A stretch of 58,910 nt of DNA from a bacterium (GCA_023261545.1 JAHFOS010000005.1:1-58910), one strand, 5' to 3'. Positions 1-9,919 are shown, counted from the first letter of the stretch. Notes: generated by a model from the letters alone, not told the origin. Program-made: numbers and translations.

Positions 1-908
1 GCAAAGCCGCTGACGGCAAAGGGGATGGCAAAGGTGGCGACCAGGCGAACGCCAAGGCGGATGACAAAGCCGCTGACGGCAAAGGTGATGGCAAGGGCGA
101 CGACCAAGCGAACGCCAAGGCGGATGACAAAGCCGCAGGCGGCAAAGGTGATGGCAAAGGCGGCGACCAGGCGAATGCCAAAGCGGATGCCAAAGTCGCG
201 GGCGGAAAAGGCGAAGGCAAGGGTGACGACCAAGCAAACGCCAAGGCGGATGACAAAGCCGCTGACGGCAAAGGTGATGGCAAAGGCGACGACCAGGCGA
301 ATGCCAAAGCGGATGCCAAAGCCGCGGGCGGAAAAGGTGATGATCAGGCGGCTGCCCAAGCCGCAGGTGGTAAGGGCGAAGGCAAAGGGGATGACAAGGC
401 GAACGCCAAGACGGATGGCAAAGCCGCAGGTGGCAAGGCCGACGGTCAGGCGAATGCCAAGGGGGATGGCAAAACCGCGGGCGGCAAGGGTGATGGCAAA
501 GCACATGCTGGCAGTGCCCCCCCGGGTGCGCCTCCGGGTCACGGGGATGGCGGCACGAGTGCTGGCGCTGCCGCCGACGCCACCGCGTATCGCGCCGCCG
601 AGCGGATGGGGAATCTCGCCGCCTTGCTGGAGAAAGCCGGGCTCGATGCCAAGGACCTGAAGGGCCTGACGGTGGATCCCAAGCAACTGGCCAAGCGCCT
701 CGCGGCCGAGCCGGCGGCGACGGACGAGGCCAAGCGCATCGTCGATCACGTCGCCCGCATGATCGAGAAGGAAGTCGCCAGCACCGCTGACAGCGGCAAA
801 ATACTCTCCGGAGATCGCGGCGAATGTCCGCCGCAGTACCGCCAACTGGTCAACCGCTACTTCGAGACCCTGTCGCGCTTCGGCGCTAACGGCAGGACGG
901 TGCCATGA
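1..908 (+). CDS. 3' part of a large protein with a Gly/Lys/Asp/Ala repeat linker and a C-terminal 'PPQYRQLVNRYFETL' motif (DUF4175-like partner of vWA clusters); 5'-truncated by the window edge
   Basis: The frame beginning at nt 3 is open through to ORF 606..908 (KAADGKGDGKGGDQANAKADD...). The C-terminal P-x-Y-R-x-L-V-x-x-Y-F motif is typical of these proteins. Its stop overlaps the next start (ATGA). Confidence 0.75.
   Translation, partial: KAADGKGDGKGGDQANAKADDKAADGKGDGKGDDQANAKADDKAAGGKGDGKGGDQANAKADAKVAGGKGEGKGDDQANAKADDKAADGKGDGKGDDQANAKADAKAAGGKGDDQAAAQAAGGKGEGKGDDKANAKTDGKAAGGKADGQANAKGDGKTAGGKGDGKAHAGSAPPGAPPGHGDGGTSAGAAADATAYRAAERMGNLAALLEKAGLDAKDLKGLTVDPKQLAKRLAAEPAATDEAKRIVDHVARMIEKEVASTADSGKILSGDRGECPPQYRQLVNRYFETLSRFGANGRTVP
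3..500 (+). repeat. Degenerate coding tandem repeat, 63-bp/21-aa unit (KAADGKGDGKGxDQANAKADD)
   Basis: About 5 clear units, then shortened variants, read directly from the sequence. Confidence 0.85.
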
Positions 909-3166
909 ACATTTGGGAAGCTCTGACCGGACGATCGGCGCAGGACCTGGCCGAGGGCAAGCTCGTCTTCCTCGGCGGCCTGTTCACCTTGCTGGCGATC
1001 GTGGCTCTCGGCGTGCTGGGCTGGCTGGCTTACCACCGCGTCCGCGGGCGTGTGGCGCCCGGCCGCTGGCGGATCCTCCTCGGCTTGCGCCTGGGCTTGG
1101 CGCTGCTGCTGGGCCTGATGCTCGGCGTCCCGGTGCTGCGCGTCATCACCCAGCGCGACGAATTCAGCTATGTCGCGGTGCTGGTGGATACTTCGCGTTC
1201 GATGACGATTGCCGATACCGGTCTGGCCGGCAAGGAAGTCTCGCGCATCGAGGCCGCCCGCGCCCTGTTCGCGGGCGAGGACGGGCTGCTCGCCGCGTTG
1301 GGCAAGGTCCGGCCGGTGATCTACGGCTTCGATGACCGCCTGCAGCGCGTACCCGGCCCCGAGGGGTTGAAGGCCAACGGCACCACCACCAACCTGTTCG
1401 GCGCCGTGCGCGATGCCGATGCCGACCTGCGCGGCCTGCCCGTGGCGGCGGCGGTGCTGATCAGCGATGGCTGCCGCAACGCCGGCGGCCCCGAGGACGA
1501 GACCGCCAACCTGCTCAAGCAGCGCGGGGTGCCGCTCTACGCCATCGGCGTCGGCTCGATGGTCCAGTCGCTCGATCTCGAGGTGCTACGGGTCGAGGCG
1601 CCAAAGATGGTGCGGCGCAACACCGAGATCATGGCGCGGATAGCGGTGCGCCACAGCGGGTGGCATCAGCCCTTCACCCTCCAGATCAAACGCGGCGCTA
1701 TCGCCCTCGCGACCCAGACCGTCGAGACCCATGGCGAGGGCGACCTCGACTTGGTCACCCTCCCCTTCACTCCCGACAGCGAAGGCGCCCAGGCCTATCG
1801 CGCCGAGGTCACGCCGGTCGAGGGCGAGAAGGTCACCGCCAACAACCAGCTTGACTTCACCATCGAGCTGAACGACGACCGCCTGCCGGTGCTGTACGTT
1901 GAGGGCAGCCCGCGCACCGAGTTCCGCTTCCTGCGTCAGGCGTTGTTCCGCGACCGCGATTTCCGCGTCGTCAGTATCCTCCGCCTCGGCAAGGGCAACT
2001 TCTATGTCCAGGGAGCGGCCGAGAACGAAAACTATCTCCAGCAGGGCTTCCCCACCACCCGCGATCAGCTCTTCGCCTACCAGGCGGTGATCATCGGCAG
2101 CATCGAGGCCAGCTACTTCAGCGCCGCGCAGTTGTCGCTGCTGGAAGAATTCGTGCGCGTGCGCGGCGGCGGCGTGCTGATGCTCGGCGGATCGTCGTCG
2201 TTCGGCTCCGGCGGTTACGCCGGGACGCCGTTGGACAAGGCCCTGCCGTTCGCCATCACGGCCCAGGACGGGGCCTACCGTCCGGGCGTCTTCCAGCTCC
2301 ATGTCGCCGATGCCACCCGCGACCATCCGCTGCTGCGCCTGACAGCCGACGCCACTCGCGCGCGCAAGCTGTGGGATCAGGCGCCGCCGCTCATCGGGAT
2401 CTCGCCGGTCGCTGGCCTGCGGCTTTCAGCCCAGACGCTGATCACCAACCAGGAAGGCACGCCGGTCCTGGCGGCGCACACCTACGGCTCCGGGCGGGTG
2501 GCGGCGTTCATCTCCAGCGGATCGTGGTACTGGCAGATGAATCTGCCGTCCGAGGTCGGCTTCCACGACAAGTTCTGGAAACAGACCCTGCGCTGGCTGG
2601 CCGTAGGCTCGCGCGAGCGCCTCAGTGTTGATGTCGCGTCCGACCTCTTCGCCCGTGGCGCGCCCGTGACCGTCCGTGCCACGGTCCTGGCCAAGGACCT
2701 GCAGCCGATCAACGATGCGCGGGTGATCTGCACCATCACCAACGCCGCGGGCACCTCCGAGGACCTCGACATGGATTGGATCCTGCGCGAGGACGGGGTC
2801 TATGAGTGCCGCTATATCCCGGGCGATGATGGTGAATACCGGGTATCGGTGCGCCTGGAGGGTGCTGAAGACCATCCGGTGCGCAGCCTGTTCTCGATCA
2901 ACGAGCCGCTGGTCGAGTTCAAGGACGCCACCCTGAAGGAGGAGCGCCTGAAAGCCCTCGCCGCCGCCACCGGCGGCGCTTACGCCCCGGCCGCGTCCGC
3001 GAGCCGCGACCTGGTGCCGCAACTCAAGCGGCTGCTCGCGGCGGTGCGCTTGAAAGGCGAGCAACCCGAGGATCTGCCGTTGTGGAACATGCCACTCCTG
3101 CTCGCGTTGCTGGTCGCGCTGGCGGCGAGCGAATGGTCGCTGCGCCGGCGCTGGGGTTTGGCATGA
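905..3166 (+). CDS. Membrane-anchored vWA + Ig-like + class I glutamine amidotransferase-like (DUF1355-type) protein
   Basis: N-terminal TM helices, MIDAS-like VDTSRSM...T...ISDG, 'YQAVIIG..LEEFVRVRGGGVLMLGG', and a C-terminal TM ending EWSLRRRWGL. Confidence 0.85.
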   Translation: MNIWEALTGRSAQDLAEGKLVFLGGLFTLLAIVALGVLGWLAYHRVRGRVAPGRWRILLGLRLGLALLLGLMLGVPVLRVITQRDEFSYVAVLVDTSRSMTIADTGLAGKEVSRIEAARALFAGEDGLLAALGKVRPVIYGFDDRLQRVPGPEGLKANGTTTNLFGAVRDADADLRGLPVAAAVLISDGCRNAGGPEDETANLLKQRGVPLYAIGVGSMVQSLDLEVLRVEAPKMVRRNTEIMARIAVRHSGWHQPFTLQIKRGAIALATQTVETHGEGDLDLVTLPFTPDSEGAQAYRAEVTPVEGEKVTANNQLDFTIELNDDRLPVLYVEGSPRTEFRFLRQALFRDRDFRVVSILRLGKGNFYVQGAAENENYLQQGFPTTRDQLFAYQAVIIGSIEASYFSAAQLSLLEEFVRVRGGGVLMLGGSSSFGSGGYAGTPLDKALPFAITAQDGAYRPGVFQLHVADATRDHPLLRLTADATRARKLWDQAPPLIGISPVAGLRLSAQTLITNQEGTPVLAAHTYGSGRVAAFISSGSWYWQMNLPSEVGFHDKFWKQTLRWLAVGSRERLSVDVASDLFARGAPVTVRATVLAKDLQPINDARVICTITNAAGTSEDLDMDWILREDGVYECRYIPGDDGEYRVSVRLEGAEDHPVRSLFSINEPLVEFKDATLKEERLKALAAATGGAYAPAASASRDLVPQLKRLLAAVRLKGEQPEDLPLWNMPLLLALLVALAASEWSLRRRWGLA

Positions 3167-3183
3167 ACCGGTCGGCAACCTAA

Positions 3184-3367
3184 GAGCCTGTTAAAAAATA
3201 TGAATTTACTCACCACAGAGACACAGAGGACACTGAGAATATGCAGAGGCGAAATAGCGATTTTAAGTATTTCTTCATATTGTCTCTGTGCTCTCTGTGT
3301 CTCTGTGGTAAAATATTATTTATAAAATATTGAAAAGCGACATGCAAGACACTTTTAAAACAGGTTA
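3184..3367. mobile_element. MITE-like element family 1 (type A) with an internal CACAGAG hairpin
   Basis: Ends GAGCCTGTTAAAA...TTTTAAAACAGGTTA; near-identical to 50638..50822; AT-rich. Confidence 0.8.
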
Positions 3368-3380
3368 TCAGGAGGCGACG

Positions 3381-4232
3381 ATGCCCGAACTTCACAAAAT
3401 CCATCATAACTATCCACGCGAGCGGCTGCGCGAACTCGATCCGCACCGTATCGCGGACGAGATCGGTGGCGCGTTGGAGTCCATCGCCAACCTCAGCCGC
3501 CGCTCGGTCCTCAAGGCCGGCGTATTGGCCGCAACCAGCGCCATGCTGGCGCCGCTCGCTGGCTTGCTGGGCTCGCGTGCCGATGCCGCTGTCAGCGGCG
3601 GGCATCGCGCCGACCAGTTCGTCTTCCCCCGGTTGAAGTTCGTCACCGTGGACGGGACCGGCAAGCATTGGGACATCAGCCCCATCGGGGACGTCACCCT
3701 GCGGCACAAGCTCAAGGAGATGACCAACGTTGACGTCAGCATGGAACCCAAGGTGGTCCAGCTCGCGGACTTCGACGACATGTGCCGCAATCCCTTCGTG
3801 TTCATGACCGCTGGCGGTTCGTTCACCCTGCCCCCCAAGGAGGTGCGGAACCTCGACGAGTTCCTCAAGCGGGGTGGCTTCATCTTCGCCGACGACTGCA
3901 TGGGTGTCGGCGGAGGCAATGACACGGATGCCTTCTTCCGCTGCTACACCAAGATGATCGATCAGCTCAACCCCGATAACCCCATGCGCCTCATCCCACT
4001 CGACCACGAGATCTACCACATCTTCTTCAAGTTCCCCAACGGCTGCCCGCATATGCAGGGCGTCAAGCACGGCGCCTACGGGCTGTTCGAGCCGGGGACC
4101 GGCCGGCTGATGACCTTCGCCTCGGCGGGCGATCTGCATTGCGGCTGGATGTGCCGCTTCTTTGGCCCGGCTCAGGACTTGGAGGCTATTAAGATGGGCC
4201 TCAACATCGTCATCTACTACCTCACCCACTGA
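3381..4232 (+). CDS. DUF4159 domain protein with a Tat-like signal
   Basis: GGAGG RBS before ATG 3381; SRRSVLKAG twin-arginine motif; PFVFMT, LKRGGFIFADDC, HEIYHIFF and MGLNIVIYYLTH are typical of DUF4159. Confidence 0.8.
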   Translation: MPELHKIHHNYPRERLRELDPHRIADEIGGALESIANLSRRSVLKAGVLAATSAMLAPLAGLLGSRADAAVSGGHRADQFVFPRLKFVTVDGTGKHWDISPIGDVTLRHKLKEMTNVDVSMEPKVVQLADFDDMCRNPFVFMTAGGSFTLPPKEVRNLDEFLKRGGFIFADDCMGVGGGNDTDAFFRCYTKMIDQLNPDNPMRLIPLDHEIYHIFFKFPNGCPHMQGVKHGAYGLFEPGTGRLMTFASAGDLHCGWMCRFFGPAQDLEAIKMGLNIVIYYLTH

Positions 4233-4238
4233 CCTCCC

Positions 4239-5306
4239 ATGCACCGCATCTCCATACTGCTGACGCTCGGACTGGCCTGCTGCTCCCATGCCTCGGCGGC
4301 CTCGTGCCAGGTCCTGCTGTTCGGAGGCGAGCCCGGCAGCCCGGTCTATCAGCGGCGCTTCCAAGATTGGCTGACACGCAGCCACGCCCTGCTGCTGAAG
4401 GCCGGGGTCGCGGCGGCGGATATCCGCCTCCTCACCGCCGATCCCACCTTCAAGGCACCGATCGTCAGTGGACCAGCTACCGCTGAAACGGTCGTCGCCG
4501 AGATCAAGGCGATCGCCGGCCGCGCCAAACGCGAAGACCAGTTCATCCTCATCCTCATCGGCCACAGTTCGCTGGTCGAGGGCATCGGTCCACGCCTGCT
4601 GCTGCCGGGACCGGACCTGGCGCCGGAACCCGTGGCGGCGGCACTGACCGCCATCCCTTGCCGTGAACAGGTGGTGATCAACCTCGCCGGCGTCTCGGGC
4701 GAATGGCTCGCCAGCTTCGCGGCAGCCGAACGGGTGAACATCGCCGCCGCGTCCCCCGGCGAGCTTCCGGACGCGGTGTTCGGAGAATTCTTCCTGCGTG
4801 GCCTCGAGAGCGGACGCGCCGATGGCTGCGCTGGCGGTCCCGGAGATGGCCAAGTCAACTGCTTGGAAGCCTTCACCTGGGCGTCGCACGAAACCGCGCG
4901 CTGGATCGCGCGCCTGACCTTCAACCGCCCGGCCGACTGCTGGCGTATAGACGGTCGCGACTCGGTGGCGGTGTTCGAGCAGCTCTTCGGCGGTTTCACC
5001 GGGGTCTCAGGCGCGCGCAAACTCGATCCGGCCAGCAAACGTGACTCCGCCGATGCCGAGCCGGTGGTGCAGCCGCTGGATGGCAAGCTCGACAAGGAAT
5101 GGGATTCACGGCGGATGATCAACGAGCATGCCATGCTCGAGGACTGCGGCGCCGCCGAGGGAGTACCAGCGCTCGGCACCGCCGGCTTCACCACCTTCCT
5201 CGCCGATCAACCGCTACAGCCGGGCTATCTCGCGCGTCACATCGTCCTCGGCAGACCCACGCACGCGGCGGCGGTTGGCGCAGCGGCGGAAAAGCCGAAC
5301 GACTAG
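4239..5306 (+). CDS. Secreted hypothetical protein, possible caspase/C13-like fold
   Basis: Signal peptide; 'FILILIGH' strand-His motif; such genes commonly accompany vWA/DUF4159 clusters. Confidence 0.55.
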   Translation: MHRISILLTLGLACCSHASAASCQVLLFGGEPGSPVYQRRFQDWLTRSHALLLKAGVAAADIRLLTADPTFKAPIVSGPATAETVVAEIKAIAGRAKREDQFILILIGHSSLVEGIGPRLLLPGPDLAPEPVAAALTAIPCREQVVINLAGVSGEWLASFAAAERVNIAAASPGELPDAVFGEFFLRGLESGRADGCAGGPGDGQVNCLEAFTWASHETARWIARLTFNRPADCWRIDGRDSVAVFEQLFGGFTGVSGARKLDPASKRDSADAEPVVQPLDGKLDKEWDSRRMINEHAMLEDCGAAEGVPALGTAGFTTFLADQPLQPGYLARHIVLGRPTHAAAVGAAAEKPND

Positions 5307-5317
5307 GCGACCGCTGA

Positions 5318-5632
5318 GAGCCTATAAAAGTGTATATCTCAACTCGGGAGCATCCACAGATTACACAGATTTGCACTGATTAAAAAGATGGCCCTGATAG
5401 ATTATTATCTGTGTTAATCTGTGCAATCTGTGGAAAATCCCCCTGGCAGTTCGATTGGGTTCGAATCTTACCTGGCCATGCACCCGTGTGAAAATTTGGC
5501 AAAGTACGCATTATTCGGATGAGTTATTTAAATTATGTCGGAAGCCTGCGCTCAGGCTTAGCATTGTTCGGTGAACTCTCTGTGCTCTCTGTGACTCTGT
5601 GGTGAATGAATTCATACTTTTCAAACAAGCTC
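5318..5632. mobile_element. Composite MITE: family-1 ends with a nested, left-truncated family-2 element
   Basis: Starts GAGCCTATAAAA and ends TCAAACAAGCTC. 5338-5525 matches parts of 48299..48724, including the right TIR GTACGCATTATTCGGATGAG. 5530-5632 matches the right half of 26949..27167. Confidence 0.75.
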
Positions 5633-5638
5633 ACCACC

Positions 5639-8600
5639 ATGAAGGCCGTCCTCGTCGCAAGCCTGCTGCTGTTCACCACGACGTTCCCCGTCGCGGGCGA
5701 CAGCCTGTTCCGCCATGGAGACGCGGATTATCCCCATCTCGACCTGACCTGGCAGCCGGTATCAGGGCTTGGCCCCAGCGATCATATCTGGACGCATCCG
5801 CTGCTGCCGGGCGTGGCGGCACTCACCGGTGAGCAAGGTATAGCCGTGTCGAGCGATGGTGGCACGACCTGGTCGGTCCCCGCCGGGCTGCCCGTGGGCG
5901 CGGTCGGCGGAATCGCCTTCCATCCCAGCAAGCCGGGCGAATCCCTGGTGGCGTTGCCGAGCGGCCTGTGGCGCAGCCAGGATGGTTGTCGGACCTACTC
6001 CAAATGGACGGTCGCTGGTTTGCCGCCGCCAACCGGGGTCTGGTATCATCTCTACGACCCGCTGGGCCGGATCATCGTCGTGGCCCACGGCGACAACGCT
6101 CCGGGCCTCTCGCTGACCCTCGATGGCGGCACGACCTGGCAGAGGCTAGTTCCCGAATACCACGTCCACGGCGTGCTCACCTTCGCCCTCGGTGAGAAGC
6201 CGTTGGCCGTGCTGGCCGCGCCGATCAGCGATCCAGGGCTTCGCTCCCTATTGTACCTGTCGACCCTGGGGGAAAAGCCGGTCGAGACGATGCACGATTG
6301 CGTCATCGCTGGCGCTGCCATGCCCCTGCACGTCGGTCAGATGCACTTCGCCAGCCCGCGCGAGGGCCTGCTGCGCCTGGTGGCGCCGAAGGACGATGTC
6401 ATCGGCATCGGTGGAGCGGAACCCGTGCCGATAGCCCATGCCTCCGACAACGGATTCAGCGCCCTCGATTTCAGTTGGGGAGCGAACGCCGACCGCCAAC
6501 TGCTGTTGCTCTTCGATCCCTATAAGCTGGGTCTGATCTGCAATGCAGGCGGCGCTGCCTGGACTGCCGTCGGAGCCGGCTTGCCTATTGGGCCGATGGT
6601 GAAGGAGGGATCTCAATTCCGCGCCAACGCCAACGGCTCGCGCTTCTATGCCATCATCAACGATCAGGCCTTCGTCGGCCGTCCGCGCGACCTGCGCTTG
6701 GATGGGTTTCAACTGCGAGTGGACCCGCCGGTGGTGCTGGTGCAGCCCAACGGTTACAGGCTGGCGGTGAACGCGCTGGCCAACGGACTGACCCAGTTCG
6801 TCAAGGTGGCGGATCCCATCGCTGCTGCGCGCGACTTGCGCGGGGTGCTCGACGAGCTCGATGCGACGCTGCAGCCCGCCACACTCCGCCTGCGCGCGAC
6901 CCTGGCTGCGGGGCAGGTGCCGAAACGGCTGACCCTCGATCTCACCCGCTTCGGCCTCTCGTCCGCGGAGCAATTGTTCGATGACGGAGGCCATGACGAT
7001 GGCGGCGCCGCTGACGGGACCTGGGCCACCGAGGTGCGCATCCGACCGAACCGGCTCGCCCCCGAACGCGACGAATGGCGGCGCACCCCTGGCATCCTCG
7101 GCCTCAGCGTGACCGCGCATTGGGGGGACGGTGCACGTTCAGGCGCGGTCGCCCCGTTGCTGGCATGGACGTTAGCCGAGCGCCTGAACCTGTCCGATAG
7201 GATAGACAAGCCCCAGGAGCGCCTGGCCCTCGAAGGTCTCACCGTGAGCCTGACCAAGACCAATAACTCGGGCCTGGATCCGGAGATGAGGTTTGTCGCC
7301 AAGGGTGGCCCATGGACCGTCACGATGCGCTTCAACTACATGTTCGGCTTCGTTGACATGGGACCGTTCGCCAAGGTCGGCTTCGATTGGAGCGGCGGCG
7401 CGGCCCAGTTCCGCCTCCTCGATGCCTCGATGTACAACGAACCCCACGAGAGCGCCGAAGCCGATATAGCCGGCGCGGTGATCGGCAAACCCGACGCGGA
7501 GGGCTGGTGTCCGGTCGAGATGCCTGTTTCCAGCCTGATCAAGGAGGGGTCGGGGTTCAACCGCAACCGGCTCGTCGCCTTCATCTTCAGCGGCAACGCC
7601 AAGGACGGCGAGGAGTTCCGCTTGCGCGCCCCGTGCCTGCTGCCGGAGGACAGGGCAAGTTCACGCCGCCTGGTTCCCGAAGCGACGCTCAGTGCGGGTC
7701 ATCCCGCCACGGCACGCGCGTCAACCGCGGCACGCCCCCAACCTGGTGACGCCCGACGGACCGGTCTCGCGGAGATTTCCAAAGCCCGGGCCCAGATCAA
7801 GGAAGGCAAATTAGATGGCGCCATCGCCCTCCTGCGCCAACAGTTGGCGTCGAGCGATGCGCTGGTGAAGGCCGCAGCCGGATACCAACTGGCCAGGCTG
7901 CTGGCGGTGGACAAGAAAGGCAATCCGACCCCTGCCCAGGCACAGACGGAGGTGCTCGCCCTCGCCGAGCCGGCCAGTGTGGACCTGGAAGATGTCCGGG
8001 AGGCCGAACAGGCGCTGCTGTTGGCGCAGCGGGCGGCGGAGTGCATCAAGGACACCGCGGCCTACGAACGGACGCAGCGGCGCTTCCTTGCCGAGCCGCT
8101 GCTCAGCGCTCTGAAACCCGACGCGCATGACGACCACGCCGTCCGTCTCGGCTTGCTGCTCGAGGACGGCAAACGTTTCTCGGAGGCGCGCGCCATCTAC
8201 GAAGGCCAGCTCGAACGCACCGACACCGAGCTTCCGCGTTGGCGTGTCCTGCTCGCCCAGTTGTGCAAGAACGAGGGCAAAATCGAGGAGGCGGTCGCCA
8301 AGTGCGAGGACGTCTTCATGGCCGCCGCCGACGCCGGGAGCTTCGCCATCGAGGCGCAACGCCTGATCATTGAAAGCCTGGCGGCCGATCCCCAGCGCCA
8401 GGCCGAGGCCGTGCTGACCTGGTACGAAGCGGCCGGGAACAACCCCGACGCGGCGAGAAAGCTCGGCCAGATCCTCGGCGGCAAGGACGCCCAACGGGTC
8501 AAGGCCATCGCGGATTGGTATGTCTTCGGCTCCAACGGCGCCGATGGACGTCCGGGAACCTCTGACGATCTGAGCGACCCCAAGCTGGGCCTCCAGCGTG

Positions 8601-9319
8601 CGGTCTATCCCAAGCGCGCGGCCGCGGCCCTGGCCGTGCAGTTGGCGAGCGGAGCGCAGGCGCGTCGTCGCTTCGCCCTGTTGCTGTGGGCCGGCCAGCC
8701 CGCCGAAGCGGCGGCAGTGGCGCGCTGGTGGATGGGCCAGGTGCGCTCCGCCGCCGAGCTGGGCACGGTCGCCGACGCTCTGGCGCTCTGCGCCGTGGCC
8801 CTCAGCGGCGATCCCGGGGTCCGCATCCCCGAGTTGCAGTTCATCGCTTTCGGCCCCAACGGCGCCGACGGCAAGCCCGGCACCGCCGATGATCTGAAGG
8901 AACCGTTGCCGGCGCTGACGGCGTTCGCGCCACCGCCGCCCCTTGGAGAGGACGCCCTCCTGTTGCGGCGCCTGCGTGCCACGGCCGCCAGGTTCGCTGG
9001 CGATGACCGCATCTCCTTCCCGCGCCCCGCGGCCTTCGGGACCCTGCTGCGCATAGACATGTTGTTCGACCAGCGGCCACAGTCCGAAGCCATCCTGCCC
9101 TGGTTGAGGGTTCTCCCTGTCGAAGTCCACGAAGCAATGTGCGCTGGCCGAATAGCCCAGGACGGCAACCTCGCCGGCCTACCCGGCACCTTCAAGCAAC
9201 TCGACGATGCCGGGGGTTGGACGAAGCAACCCGACGGGGTCAAGGCGCGGCGCAAAGCGTGGAACGATCTCTGCCTATCCTTGAGAAATGGCACTTCGTA
9301 TAGGGTCGCGTGGCCTTGA
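5639..9319 (+). CDS. Large secreted multidomain protein: BNR/Asp-box beta-propeller, choice-of-anchor-X-like motif, beta-sandwich, TPR-like helical region
   Basis: Signal peptide MKAVLVASLLL; Asp-boxes SSDGGTTW, SQDGCRTY, TLDGGTTW; LFDDGGHDDGGAADGTW; Ala-rich helical C-terminal half. The upstream ATG at 5606 lies inside the MITE. Confidence 0.7.
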   Translation: MKAVLVASLLLFTTTFPVAGDSLFRHGDADYPHLDLTWQPVSGLGPSDHIWTHPLLPGVAALTGEQGIAVSSDGGTTWSVPAGLPVGAVGGIAFHPSKPGESLVALPSGLWRSQDGCRTYSKWTVAGLPPPTGVWYHLYDPLGRIIVVAHGDNAPGLSLTLDGGTTWQRLVPEYHVHGVLTFALGEKPLAVLAAPISDPGLRSLLYLSTLGEKPVETMHDCVIAGAAMPLHVGQMHFASPREGLLRLVAPKDDVIGIGGAEPVPIAHASDNGFSALDFSWGANADRQLLLLFDPYKLGLICNAGGAAWTAVGAGLPIGPMVKEGSQFRANANGSRFYAIINDQAFVGRPRDLRLDGFQLRVDPPVVLVQPNGYRLAVNALANGLTQFVKVADPIAAARDLRGVLDELDATLQPATLRLRATLAAGQVPKRLTLDLTRFGLSSAEQLFDDGGHDDGGAADGTWATEVRIRPNRLAPERDEWRRTPGILGLSVTAHWGDGARSGAVAPLLAWTLAERLNLSDRIDKPQERLALEGLTVSLTKTNNSGLDPEMRFVAKGGPWTVTMRFNYMFGFVDMGPFAKVGFDWSGGAAQFRLLDASMYNEPHESAEADIAGAVIGKPDAEGWCPVEMPVSSLIKEGSGFNRNRLVAFIFSGNAKDGEEFRLRAPCLLPEDRASSRRLVPEATLSAGHPATARASTAARPQPGDARRTGLAEISKARAQIKEGKLDGAIALLRQQLASSDALVKAAAGYQLARLLAVDKKGNPTPAQAQTEVLALAEPASVDLEDVREAEQALLLAQRAAECIKDTAAYERTQRRFLAEPLLSALKPDAHDDHAVRLGLLLEDGKRFSEARAIYEGQLERTDTELPRWRVLLAQLCKNEGKIEEAVAKCEDVFMAAADAGSFAIEAQRLIIESLAADPQRQAEAVLTWYEAAGNNPDAARKLGQILGGKDAQRVKAIADWYVFGSNGADGRPGTSDDLSDPKLGLQRAVYPKRAAAALAVQLASGAQARRRFALLLWAGQPAEAAAVARWWMGQVRSAAELGTVADALALCAVALSGDPGVRIPELQFIAFGPNGADGKPGTADDLKEPLPALTAFAPPPPLGEDALLLRRLRATAARFAGDDRISFPRPAAFGTLLRIDMLFDQRPQSEAILPWLRVLPVEVHEAMCAGRIAQDGNLAGLPGTFKQLDDAGGWTKQPDGVKARRKAWNDLCLSLRNGTSYRVAWP

Positions 9320-9487
9320 GGTGGAGGCGACGAGCTGCAGGGTGTCTATCGGCGCTGAGAGCTGACCGAAAAATTTCTTAAACGCATTTTTAGGGGAGAA
9401 ACATGCGAATAAGGCCGGAAATCGACGGAATTTGGCACCTATCTTCTGAAGTATCGGTCACTTAGCTTGCGGGTTACTTTACGCACG

Positions 9488-9919
9488 CTATGCTTTTATC
9501 TGACCAAGCAGGTGCAGGGTAGTCTCGTTCACCTCAACGACATATGCACGCCAATCCCACTCCCTTTCGCCTGAACGATCCAGCTTCACGCGAAAATCCA
9601 TCTCGTCTCTTATCATCCAATGCCGATCATCGTGGTTCAACTCTAGCCCATCACCCGCCACAAGAGTGCCTGTAAACCAGATTCCGGTCCCTCGCTCTGG
9701 GTAGAAGCCACAATCTTTTATGCCTGGATAACGATAGCCCCTGTCACCCTTCGCCTTTACGGTGGTAATCTCTCGGCAACTGATGATGTGCAGATGGTCG
9801 GCTTCATCTCCATACATGGCGAACACGACCGGGGGCCATGAGAGGGCACCCGGTGGGAGCTTGGAAAGGTGTGTGAGGACCTGGTCCCATACCACCCGAT
9901 CTATCCGCAGATTACTCAT
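9488..9919 (-). CDS. Hypothetical protein, possibly a degenerate JAB/MPN fold
   Basis: 143-aa ORF with AGGAG RBS; the pattern resembles JAB domains but lacks HxH. Confidence 0.5.
   Translation of the reverse strand: MSNLRIDRVVWDQVLTHLSKLPPGALSWPPVVFAMYGDEADHLHIISCREITTVKAKGDRGYRYPGIKDCGFYPERGTGIWFTGTLVAGDGLELNHDDRHWMIRDEMDFRVKLDRSGEREWDWRAYVVEVNETTLHLLGQIKA

Noticed and set aside
25-660. Lys/Arg-rich histone-like ORF
   Set aside because: It is an alternative frame of the 63-bp repeat. The frame from nt 3 is continuous with 606..908 and has normal codon usage.
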